Part shown: positions 6,956 to 14,042 of the stretch, piece by piece
How the letters are laid out: each line of letters starts with the position of its first letter
How positions within the stretch are numbered: position 1 is the stretch's first letter
Source of the DNA: a virus
Virus record (IMG/VR): IMGVR_UViG_3300045988_149535
Span: 1-42,192 of that record
Strand: one strand, 5' to 3'
DNA: 42,192 bases
Made by a program: the position numbers and the translations under genes
The notes under the pieces: model-generated
Told to the model about the DNA's origin: nothing
The model's input: the letters and a program-made list of their open reading frames with translations, nothing else
The model's database searches: none

Positions 6956-6985
6956 AAAGAGGATTTTCTTTAATAAGAAAACCCT
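6951..6985 (-). terminator. Intrinsic terminator of the integrase gene (minus strand)
   Basis: Minus-strand hairpin agggttttc/gaaaatcct (one G-U pair) that includes the int stop codon, followed by a T7 run. Confidence 0.7.
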
Positions 6986-8583
6986 ATATTTAAGCCATTC
7001 TTGAATGTGATAGATGTTATTTTTTTATCTAATATATAAATTTCTTTAATAAATGAATTAAAAAATTCTTTTAAAGATTCTCTTTTTAATAATTTAATGG
7101 CGGTTTTGTTATCTACGTTTTTTAAGATTATTTCATTCAAAACTGTATTTAATAATATGGTATCTAATTTTATTTCTTCACTATCTTTATTTTCTAATTT
7201 CATTTCTTCATTTATTTTATTTATATTATCCTGTATTTCTTTTTTCTTTAAAACATAGTCTTTGCTAGACATACTATCTTCATCAAACAAATATAATTCT
7301 TCTAATCTTTTTAAAGCTCTTTTATATTTTTCTAATTCTTTAATTTTTAAATCTAAATTAGAACTTTTGTTGTAATTTTTATTATTAAATGAATAGAAAC
7401 CATGCTTTTTATTTATCATAATATCAAATAAATCTTCACATTTTATTTCCTTAACTCCTAGATTTCTAGAAAGTAAATCGATAAATTCTAAATAATCTAT
7501 TCTATTTTTGCTGTTTATAGAACTTATATTTCTAAGTAACGATGTTATAAAATTATATATAATTTTTTCACTAACAGTTTTCTCTTCACAATTATTTTTA
7601 TTATATCTATTGCTACATACGTATAAAGAGGGCCTAAAACCATCTAAGTGAGGTTTATCTTGTTTAGCATAATAATTCCCCATACAAGAACCACATTTTA
7701 TTAAACCAGCAAATATATGTGTTTTCCCATTAGCTCTAAATTTAGAATTACTTCTTAAAGAATTTCTATCCATTATGTCATTACATTTATTGAAAATCTC
7801 TTTAGAAATTATTGGGGGGTGATTATCTTCTAGCACTACCCATTCATCTTCACTTTTCTTCTTGCCTCTAGCAGATTCTCTGTAATTATACCTATAAGTA
7901 CCTATATAGAATGGATTTCTAATTATATCTGTTATAGTTTTAGTAGTCCATCTTCCATTTCTTTTTGTTTTTATATTATTAGCATTTAAAATATTTCTAA
8001 CTATAGAAGTGGATTCTTCTGTTAAATAAGTATTAAATATAAGTTCTATTGTATTTTTTTCTTCTTTGTTTATAATTGGAAACTTAATTTTGCTATCCCA
8101 TTTATAACCTAATGGTATAGGAGAACCGTTCCACATACCTTTACTAGCTCTATCTAACATTACTGATTTAACTCTTTCGCCAGTAAGTTTTCTTTCTAAT
8201 TCAGCAAATACTAATATTATCTTAAGCATAGCTTCACCCATTGCAGAGGAAGTGTCAAATTGTTCATTCTTACTTACAAAGATGCAATTGCATCTTTTTA
8301 ATTCTTCATACATATCACAAAAATCTAATAAATTTCTTGAAATTCTATCTATTTTCCATACTAATAAATGTGAAAACTCGCCAGCTTTTATTCTTTTTAT
8401 CATATCTTGAAAAGCCGGTCTATCTGTATTTTTACCAGAATATCCTGCATCTTCAAAAACCTCATAATTATTTGTATTTAAAATATACTTAGAATAGTTT
8501 ATAAGCTCTTCTCGCTGTAATGGTAAAGAATCCTTATCAATTTGATGATGAGTTGAAACTCTAGTGTAAATTGCTACTTTCAT
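6970..8583 (-). CDS. int: Large serine recombinase (phage integrase)
   Basis: The N-terminus MKVAIYTRVSTHHQ...SLPLQ is a resolvase catalytic domain. This is followed by a recombinase domain, a zinc ribbon (CGSCMGNYY...YVCSNRYNKNNC) and a C-terminal coiled coil. 537 aa. Confidence 0.95.
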   Translation of the reverse strand: MKVAIYTRVSTHHQIDKDSLPLQREELINYSKYILNTNNYEVFEDAGYSGKNTDRPAFQDMIKRIKAGEFSHLLVWKIDRISRNLLDFCDMYEELKRCNCIFVSKNEQFDTSSAMGEAMLKIILVFAELERKLTGERVKSVMLDRASKGMWNGSPIPLGYKWDSKIKFPIINKEEKNTIELIFNTYLTEESTSIVRNILNANNIKTKRNGRWTTKTITDIIRNPFYIGTYRYNYRESARGKKKSEDEWVVLEDNHPPIISKEIFNKCNDIMDRNSLRSNSKFRANGKTHIFAGLIKCGSCMGNYYAKQDKPHLDGFRPSLYVCSNRYNKNNCEEKTVSEKIIYNFITSLLRNISSINSKNRIDYLEFIDLLSRNLGVKEIKCEDLFDIMINKKHGFYSFNNKNYNKSSNLDLKIKELEKYKRALKRLEELYLFDEDSMSSKDYVLKKKEIQDNINKINEEMKLENKDSEEIKLDTILLNTVLNEIILKNVDNKTAIKLLKRESLKEFFNSFIKEIYILDKKITSITFKNGLNIGFSY

Positions 8584-8619
8584 TTTTAAATACCTCCCAT
8601 ATATAAAAGAAAGATGAGA

Positions 8620-9018
8620 TTACTCATCTTCCTCATTTGGTTGAATTATGTAACTTAAATCTGCTTTGATTGCTGCTATAAATAAAGTTTCAGCAACATT
8701 TTTAGGCTCATAATCCTTAAATAAAGAATCTAGGTCATTAACCAGTTTAAGCTCTTTAATTTGTTCAATTACAGTTCTAGTAGATTTTGCAATATCTCTA
8801 GTTTTTCTATATTCTTCATCACTGATTCCATATAACCAATATTCTTCTGGTTTACCTGAATCAGCAACTAGAGAATAAAGAAATTTTTTACTAGGTTTTC
8901 TACTGCCGTTTTCAACCATAGTATAAGCACTAGGAAGAACTTCTAATCTACTAGCCATTTCTTTTTTGTTTAGATTTAACCCTTCTCTATATTCGGTTAA
9001 TCTTTCTGTAAAGTTCAT
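8620..9018 (-). CDS. CI-like repressor (XRE-family HTH, no S24 peptidase domain)
   Basis: ATG at 9018 with a GAGGTG RBS. HTH region: LNLNKKEMASRLEVLPSAYTMVENGSRKPS. Divergent from the cro-like gene. The upstream extension in the ORF track (to 9192) runs through the operators and is rejected. Confidence 0.85.
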   Translation of the reverse strand: MNFTERLTEYREGLNLNKKEMASRLEVLPSAYTMVENGSRKPSKKFLYSLVADSGKPEEYWLYGISDEEYRKTRDIAKSTRTVIEQIKELKLVNDLDSLFKDYEPKNVAETLFIAAIKADLSYIIQPNEEDE

Positions 9019-9036
9019 ATTCAACACCTCGTATTC

Positions 9037-9065
9037 ATTATATAATAACTTCACATTTTTGTAAA
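9037..9065 (-). promoter_or_regulatory. Repressor promoter (minus strand) TTTACA-17-TATAAT
   Basis: The reverse complement reads TTTACA (9065-9060), a 17-nt spacer, then TATAAT (9042-9037), just upstream of the cI RBS. Confidence 0.6.
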
Positions 9066-9068
9066 GCA

Positions 9069-9088
9069 AATTCACAAAATAGTACATT
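9069..9088. promoter_or_regulatory. Operator O1 (imperfect): AATTCAC-N6-GTACATT
   Basis: Shares gcaaattcacaaaa with O3. The right half-site has 2 mismatches. Abuts the -35 of the repressor promoter. Confidence 0.55.
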
Positions 9089-9112
9089 CTAATACTGAAA
9101 ATGGTTCGACGA

Positions 9113-9132
9113 AATTCACGGAAACGTGAATT
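9113..9132. promoter_or_regulatory. Operator O2: perfect palindrome AATTCAC-ggaaac-GTGAATT
   Basis: Perfect 7+7 inverted repeat with a 6-nt spacer in the cI/cro intergenic region. Confidence 0.75.
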
Positions 9133-9209
9133 AATTTGAAGAAATTTAAAGGAAAACCAAGTAAAATAAGAATATATTGCTATTTTGAGCAAATATGATT
9201 AAAAAAGCA

Positions 9210-9229
9210 AATTCACAAAAGTGTGAATT
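9210..9229. promoter_or_regulatory. Operator O3: perfect palindrome AATTCAC-aaaagt-GTGAATT
   Basis: Same half-sites as O2. Overlaps the -35 and spacer of the cro promoter. Confidence 0.75.
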
Positions 9230-9240
9230 GGTGATATTAT
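9212..9240 (+). promoter_or_regulatory. Early rightward promoter TTCACA-17-TGaTATTAT
   Basis: TTCACA 9212-9217 and TATTAT 9235-9240, with a TG extended -10 at 9232-9233. Drives cro and the early operon. Confidence 0.6.
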
Positions 9241-9263
9241 GAATGTGCGAGGAGGTGAAGGGG

Positions 9264-9452
9264 ATGACACTTAAGGAAATGCGATTAGAAAGTGGTCTTA
9301 AAGCTAATAAGATAGCTGAGAAATTAAACATTTCCAGAAGGCAACTTGTTAATTTAGAACAAAAGAAATTCAAGCTTTCGGAAGATAAAGTTGAAATTCT
9401 ATCAAAACTTTATGAGAAAGATAAAGAAGAGATAAGAAAGGCTGGAAAGTAA
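9264..9452 (+). CDS. Cro-like XRE-family HTH regulator
   Basis: ATG 9264 preceded by GAGGAGGTGAAGGGG, which favours it over ATG 9243. HTH region: LKANKIAEKLNISRRQLVNLEQ. Confidence 0.85.
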   Translation: MTLKEMRLESGLKANKIAEKLNISRRQLVNLEQKKFKLSEDKVEILSKLYEKDKEEIRKAGK

Positions 9453-9503
9453 ATGAGTGAAGCAGAAAGAAAATTATATGAATTATTAAAGAAGGTGGCT
9501 TAA
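9453..9503 (+). CDS. Micro-ORF, 16 aa (MSEAERKLYELLKKVA), paralogue of 6721-6786
   Basis: Starts 1 nt after the cro stop and ends where the next ORF starts. Confidence 0.4.
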   Translation: MSEAERKLYELLKKVA

Positions 9504-9641
9504 ATGGATATGAAAGCAATAGAAGGTTTTCTGATAAATATATGTGGTTATAAATCTATTGAAGATGCCAAGGAAAATTATAAGCCTTTAAATTTTTATC
9601 CTTTAATAGGAGAAATTGATTTTAAAAAGGAGGAGAAGTAA
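9504..9641 (+). CDS. Hypothetical protein, 45 aa
   Basis: ATG 9504 abuts the preceding stop. Its TAA overlaps the ATG of the next gene (TAATG). Too short to appear in the ORF track. Confidence 0.5.
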   Translation: MDMKAIEGFLINICGYKSIEDAKENYKPLNFYPLIGEIDFKKEEK

Positions 9642-10414
9642 TGAATAATTTAATAAAAATTAATGGATTAGTAAATATTGAAGGAATGCAATTCCATAAC
9701 ATAGAAGGTGGATTTGGTAAAGGTAAGAAAGCAATGTTAGCTAAAGAAATTGCTGAAATACACGGAAGAGAGCTAAAGTTTATAAATCAAAATATTAATA
9801 GAAATATAAAAAGATTTACAGAAGGGCTTGATATTGTTGATTTAAAAGGAACTCAATTCGAGGTAACTTTGAGCAACCACGGAATTTATACTCAAAATTC
9901 AATAAATGCAAGTAATAATATCTATTTATTATCAGAAAGAGGATACTCAAAACTTCTTAAAATTTTAGAAGATGATGTTGCTTGGGAGCAATATGAAAAG
10001 TTGGTTGATGGATATTTTAATATGAGGGGACAAGCCTTAAATACATCTAAATTATCTAAAGAACTTCAAGCAATATTAATGTTAGATGAGAAAACTGTTG
10101 AAATGGATAATAGAATAACAACTCTAGAAGAAAGAATGACAATAGAAACAGGAGCGCAAAAAGTTTTGCAAGATTTAGTTAATAAAAAGGTAATGGCTAT
10201 ATTAGGTGGTAAAGATAGTCCAGCTTATAAGGAGTTAGGTAATAAGACATTTAGACAATGTTGGAAGAACTTTAAAGATATTTTACAAGTAGCTTCTTAT
10301 AAAGATACACCAGTAAAGGACTTTGATTTAGCAAAGAAAACAATAATAGATTGGCAACCTAATAGAGAGCTAGAGTTGATGATAATGGGTTGTAATGCTC
10401 AAATAAGAATGTAG
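9641..10414 (+). CDS. ORF6N/ORF6C-domain protein (antirepressor-like)
   Basis: The N-terminus LIKINGLVNIEGMQFHNIEGGFGKGKKAMLAKEIAEIHGRELKFINQNINRN is typical of the ORF6N domain. The C-terminal part resembles ORF6C. AGGAGGAG RBS. Confidence 0.8.
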   Translation: MNNLIKINGLVNIEGMQFHNIEGGFGKGKKAMLAKEIAEIHGRELKFINQNINRNIKRFTEGLDIVDLKGTQFEVTLSNHGIYTQNSINASNNIYLLSERGYSKLLKILEDDVAWEQYEKLVDGYFNMRGQALNTSKLSKELQAILMLDEKTVEMDNRITTLEERMTIETGAQKVLQDLVNKKVMAILGGKDSPAYKELGNKTFRQCWKNFKDILQVASYKDTPVKDFDLAKKTIIDWQPNRELELMIMGCNAQIRM

Positions 10415-10426
10415 GAGGAATTTGAA

Positions 10427-10645
10427 ATGACAAATAAAGGAATGAAAGAAATATTAGAAAGAAAGTTAATTTTTTTATCAGATATGCTTGAAGTTTGTGA
10501 GGAGGAACATATAGAAAGTATTACTAGATCTATGCTAATGATTTATGAAACTTTAAATAATGGACAAGTAACAGAAATAAGAACAGCAATAGACGGAAAT
10601 ATTATTGCAGATTTTATAAAGGGAGGAAAAAATAAAAATGGATAA
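10427..10645 (+). CDS. Hypothetical protein
   Basis: AGGAGG RBS. Early operon. No recognisable family. Confidence 0.65.
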   Translation: MTNKGMKEILERKLIFLSDMLEVCEEEHIESITRSMLMIYETLNNGQVTEIRTAIDGNIIADFIKGGKNKNG

Positions 10646-10784
10646 ATTAAAGAATATTTCGACTAAGGAGTTAGTTGAGGAATTAATAAAAAGAGAAGGA
10701 GTATATGCTCAAGAAGTAAAGCCACATACAGCAGACGAGTTTTTAATAGACGGTCCAGCAACAGTATTAACAGTAATTGATTAA
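10638..10784 (+). CDS. Small protein, 48 aa, BC1881-like (MDKLKNISTKELVEELIKREGV...)
   Basis: GGGAGG RBS and an 8-nt overlap with the preceding ORF. The STKELVEEL...REGV pattern resembles a small family common in Firmicute phages. Confidence 0.55.
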   Translation: MDKLKNISTKELVEELIKREGVYAQEVKPHTADEFLIDGPATVLTVID

Positions 10785-10816
10785 AAAAATATATGAATTT
10801 TTAGGAGGAATTTAAA

Positions 10817-11236
10817 ATGGAACAATGTCCAAGATGTGGAAATGAACAATTAAAAGAAGAATATAATTACTGTCCAATATGTGGGAGTCTTTTAGATCAT
10901 GAGATAGCAGAAGAAGCATTGAAAATATTAAATACTTTACTAGATAAATATAAAACATATGAGTGTAGAGATGATGAAGAAAAACAATTTAGAGCATTGA
11001 TAGTAGGTGCTTTAAGTATTGCAATTAAAGAACTAGAAAGAACTAGTCAAGAAGTAGCAGCTCAAAAGAGTGAAGAATTGCTTAATGAAGAAACAGCACT
11101 AAGAATAGCTCCATTAGTTAGAGTGATTATAGGTTATGCTACACGTAAAGAAATAAGCTTAGATGAATTAGAAATAGCTTTCAAAATGGCTAAGGAGGAT
11201 TACATTCTAATTCATAATAACAAAAATAAAAGTTAA
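10817..11236 (+). CDS. Hypothetical protein with an N-terminal zinc ribbon
   Basis: CPRCG...CPICG in the first 25 aa. AGGAGG RBS. Confidence 0.65.
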   Translation: MEQCPRCGNEQLKEEYNYCPICGSLLDHEIAEEALKILNTLLDKYKTYECRDDEEKQFRALIVGALSIAIKELERTSQEVAAQKSEELLNEETALRIAPLVRVIIGYATRKEISLDELEIAFKMAKEDYILIHNNKNKS

Positions 11237-11311
11237 ATTATCAACAAAAACTGTTAATAACTTGTGGATAAGCTGTATATAAGTTGTTGATATGTAAGAA
11301 AGGAGAAAAAT

Positions 11312-11860
11312 ATGGTTAAAACTGAAGATCATTTAGGCTTAGCTAGAAAAGTAGCTTTTGAATATTATAGACATTCAAAAGGTAAATACACATATGATGA
11401 ATTAGAATCAACTGCATATATGGGTTTAATTAAAGCTGCGAATAACTTTGATGAATCTAAGGGATTTACGTTTGCAACTTATGCAATGTCAACAATAATA
11501 GGCGAAGTTAAAAGGATGTTTAGAGACGATAAATGGTATTTTGTAAAACGTAATGTACCTCAAAAAATGCTTTCTTTAAATTTTGTAATAGATAATACAA
11601 ACAATATAGAAATGCAAGAAACATTAATAGATGAAGGAAATGTTGAGGAGAATTTAATTAACTCAGTATTAGTTTCTGAGCTCTTTAAGTTACTAACTCC
11701 AAGAGAAAAGCAAGTGATTTATTTATATTATTATATGGACTTAAGTCAATCTGAGATTTCAAAGAATACAGGGATGTCTCAACCTAATATAAGTAGAACA
11801 ATTAAAAACTCATTAAAGAAAATGAGGAATGAATTATATAATGATAAATTTTTAGCTTAA
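11312..11860 (+). CDS. Sigma-70 family RNA polymerase sigma factor (regions 2 and 4)
   Basis: Region 2-like: YMGLIKAANNFDESKGFTFATYAMSTIIGEVKRMFRD. Region 4 HTH: LTPREKQVIYLYYYMDLSQSEISKNTGMSQPNISRTIKNSLKKMR. Confidence 0.88.
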   Translation: MVKTEDHLGLARKVAFEYYRHSKGKYTYDELESTAYMGLIKAANNFDESKGFTFATYAMSTIIGEVKRMFRDDKWYFVKRNVPQKMLSLNFVIDNTNNIEMQETLIDEGNVEENLINSVLVSELFKLLTPREKQVIYLYYYMDLSQSEISKNTGMSQPNISRTIKNSLKKMRNELYNDKFLA

Positions 11861-11874
11861 TTGGAAGGAATTAA

Positions 11875-12024
11875 ATGATAGGTAATTTAGTGTGCGTAGT
11901 AATACCATATAAAACGTTTAAAGAAAAAATAAGAATAACAAAGAAGTATCAAAAGCATAAAATTGAAATTCATAAAAATTTTATTTTAGTAATCAATAAA
12001 GATTTAGGAGGAAGTAATGTATAG
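11875..12024 (+). CDS. Hypothetical small protein, 49 aa
   Basis: Short ORF with a GGAAGG RBS that fills the gap after the sigma gene. Confidence 0.4.
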   Translation: MIGNLVCVVIPYKTFKEKIRITKKYQKHKIEIHKNFILVINKDLGGSNV

Positions 12025-12175
12025 CTTAATACAAATAAGTATGATTATATTTCTAATGCTTTTATATGCCTTAATTGGAGCAATTCTAGTAGTGTCAATA
12101 ATGGCTATTATAACTTATTTAAAGAGAGATAAGGCTTATTTTAGAAGGAAAATAGATAAGTTTATAAAGGAGTGA
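12017..12175 (+). CDS. Hypothetical small membrane protein, 52 aa
   Basis: AGGAGG RBS. One TM segment (ISMIIFLMLLYALIGAILVVSIMAII) followed by a basic tail. Confidence 0.5.
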   Translation: MYSLIQISMIIFLMLLYALIGAILVVSIMAIITYLKRDKAYFRRKIDKFIKE

Positions 12176-12181
12176 TGGAAT

Positions 12182-12439
12182 ATGGGATTAATATTAGACA
12201 TTGTAAATAATGTTGTACCAAAAGTACAAGAAAGAGTAAGTAAAGGCGAAGGACTTAAAAAGGTCTTGTATGAGGAATTGGAAAAAGAAATAGCTCATTC
12301 CCTAACCAACCAAAGTATAGGGAATAAGCGTTGTAAAAACAATGTTAATAATATTATAACAGATAAAGAAGATATAGACAATGGAGAAGTTTATGACATA
12401 GAGAGTGGACAAACTATAAGAGATTTAGGAGGGTTTTAG
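12182..12439 (+). CDS. Hypothetical protein
   Basis: AAGGAG RBS. Early operon. Confidence 0.65.
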   Translation: MGLILDIVNNVVPKVQERVSKGEGLKKVLYEELEKEIAHSLTNQSIGNKRCKNNVNNIITDKEDIDNGEVYDIESGQTIRDLGGF

Positions 12440-12440
12440 A

Positions 12441-13121
12441 GTGGCAGAAGAAATAAAAATTATTAATATATATCAAAAATTACAAAAAAGTAGGGTTGAG
12501 CTACAAGCTAAGAATTTAAAAAAGAGTGGTAAAAACTCATATAGTAACTATGAATATTTTGAACTAGGAGATTTTCTTCCAGGAGTAAATGAAGTTTGTA
12601 ATAATAATGGACTAGCTACAATATTTCACTTTGAAAAAGAGATTGCTACATTAACAATTATAGATGTAGATAATCCGGAAAGCATAATAAAGTTTGAAAC
12701 GCCAATAGAAATGGCAGCTATTAAAGGAAGTTCAACTATACAGCAAATAGGAGGTACACAAACATATGCAAGAAGATATTTGTATATGATGGCTTTTGAG
12801 ATAGCTGAAACAGATATTGTTGATAAAAGTGAGGTTGATCTAGAGAAGCAAGAAGGAGAACAGAGAATAGGAACAGTTTATTTAAATGTTATAAGAAAGC
12901 TTATAGATGAAACTGAAACAGAAATAACAAGTTTCTTAAAATATGCAGGAGTTGAAAAGTTAGAAGATATAAAAAATAAAGATTATCCAGAGTTATTAAA
13001 GCTATTAGAGAAGAAAAAACAAGATTATAAAAGGAAGCAAGAAAATGCAAGAAAGCTAAAAGAACAACAAGAGCAGTATCAAAAAGAGTTAGAAGCTAAA
13101 CAAGAGAATTTTGAATTTTAG
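12441..13121 (+). CDS. erf: Erf-family single-strand annealing recombinase
   Basis: GTG start with an AGGAGGG RBS. The motifs KNSYSNYEYFELGDFLPGVNEV and GGTQTYARRYLYMMAFEI are characteristic of Erf. Confidence 0.85.
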   Translation: MAEEIKIINIYQKLQKSRVELQAKNLKKSGKNSYSNYEYFELGDFLPGVNEVCNNNGLATIFHFEKEIATLTIIDVDNPESIIKFETPIEMAAIKGSSTIQQIGGTQTYARRYLYMMAFEIAETDIVDKSEVDLEKQEGEQRIGTVYLNVIRKLIDETETEITSFLKYAGVEKLEDIKNKDYPELLKLLEKKKQDYKRKQENARKLKEQQEQYQKELEAKQENFEF

Positions 13122-13133
13122 GAGGATATGAGA

Positions 13134-14024
13134 ATGAAAGAGATAGTTGTAAATACACAGTTACCAGTTATAAGCATGAATTATGAGGAAGTTAAATTAT
13201 CTATTGAAGAAAGTCTTAAGAAATATAAAGGAATAGTTGTTACAGAAGCAGGACTTCAAGACTGTAAATCTACTCAAAAAGAGTTAGCGGGATTAAGAAG
13301 AAAAATAGATGACTATAGAAAAACGGTAAAAAGAGAAATGGAAATTCCAATAAAAGAGTTTGAGGGTAAATGTAAAGAACTAGTTACTCTTGTAGATCAA
13401 GTTGAAAAACCAATAAAAGAAGGAATTGTAGAGTTTGATAATAAGCGTAGGGAAGAAAAGAGAATTAAAGCTTTAACATTCATTCAAATAGCAATAGAGG
13501 AAAATGATTTGGAAGAAAAGTATTCTAGTCAACTAACAGTAATAGATAAATATTTAAACCTATCAGCGACAGAAAAAAGTGTTGTAGAAGATATTAACCA
13601 AAGAGCAGATATGTTAAAGCAACAACAAAATATGGATAAGGCTAAGTATGAATTACTTAAAGGATCAATAGAAAGTACTTTAGAAACAGTAAACACAACT
13701 ATTAAAACACAATTAAAGTATTCAGATTTTGAAAAGTATATAGAAATGGGTTGGGATGCGGCAAGAATAATTCGTGAGATAAATGATAAAGCAAGAATGA
13801 TTCGAGAAGCTGAAAAAATAGTTGAAGAACCTAAACAAGAAATAGAGTTACCTGCAGATTTAAAACCAAAAGCACCAGAAGTGAAAGAGATAAAGAAAGA
13901 TGAACCATCATATTTTGTAGATGTTTATGTAGAACATAACTTTGAAGCTATACAAGCTTTAAGTAAGTTCTTAAAAGATAACGGATATAAATATGAGGTC
14001 CATAATAAAGGAAAAGTTAAATAA
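13134..14024 (+). CDS. DUF1351-family protein (usual partner of Erf/SSB modules)
   Basis: ATG 13134 is 8 nt from AGGAGG, whereas ATG 13128 is only 2 nt away. The N-terminus VNTQLPVISMNYEEVKLSIEESLKKYKG is typical of DUF1351. Confidence 0.75.
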   Translation: MKEIVVNTQLPVISMNYEEVKLSIEESLKKYKGIVVTEAGLQDCKSTQKELAGLRRKIDDYRKTVKREMEIPIKEFEGKCKELVTLVDQVEKPIKEGIVEFDNKRREEKRIKALTFIQIAIEENDLEEKYSSQLTVIDKYLNLSATEKSVVEDINQRADMLKQQQNMDKAKYELLKGSIESTLETVNTTIKTQLKYSDFEKYIEMGWDAARIIREINDKARMIREAEKIVEEPKQEIELPADLKPKAPEVKEIKKDEPSYFVDVYVEHNFEAIQALSKFLKDNGYKYEVHNKGKVK

Positions 14025-14042
14025 ATCTTTTAGGAGGTAGGC

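Noticed and set aside
9019-9192. N-terminal extension of the repressor ORF in the track (start at 9192), and the antisense ORF 9146-9373.
   Set aside because: The extension runs through the operators and both promoters and is low-complexity. A good RBS precedes ATG 9018, and the HTH domain starts right there. The antisense ORF overlaps cro and has no RBS.
11263-11271. Perfect DnaA box (tgtggataa, the reverse complement of TTATCCACA) upstream of the sigma gene.
   Set aside because: It is a single isolated 9-mer, and one occurrence in 84 kb of two-strand sequence is compatible with chance. There is no cluster and no adjacent unwinding element.
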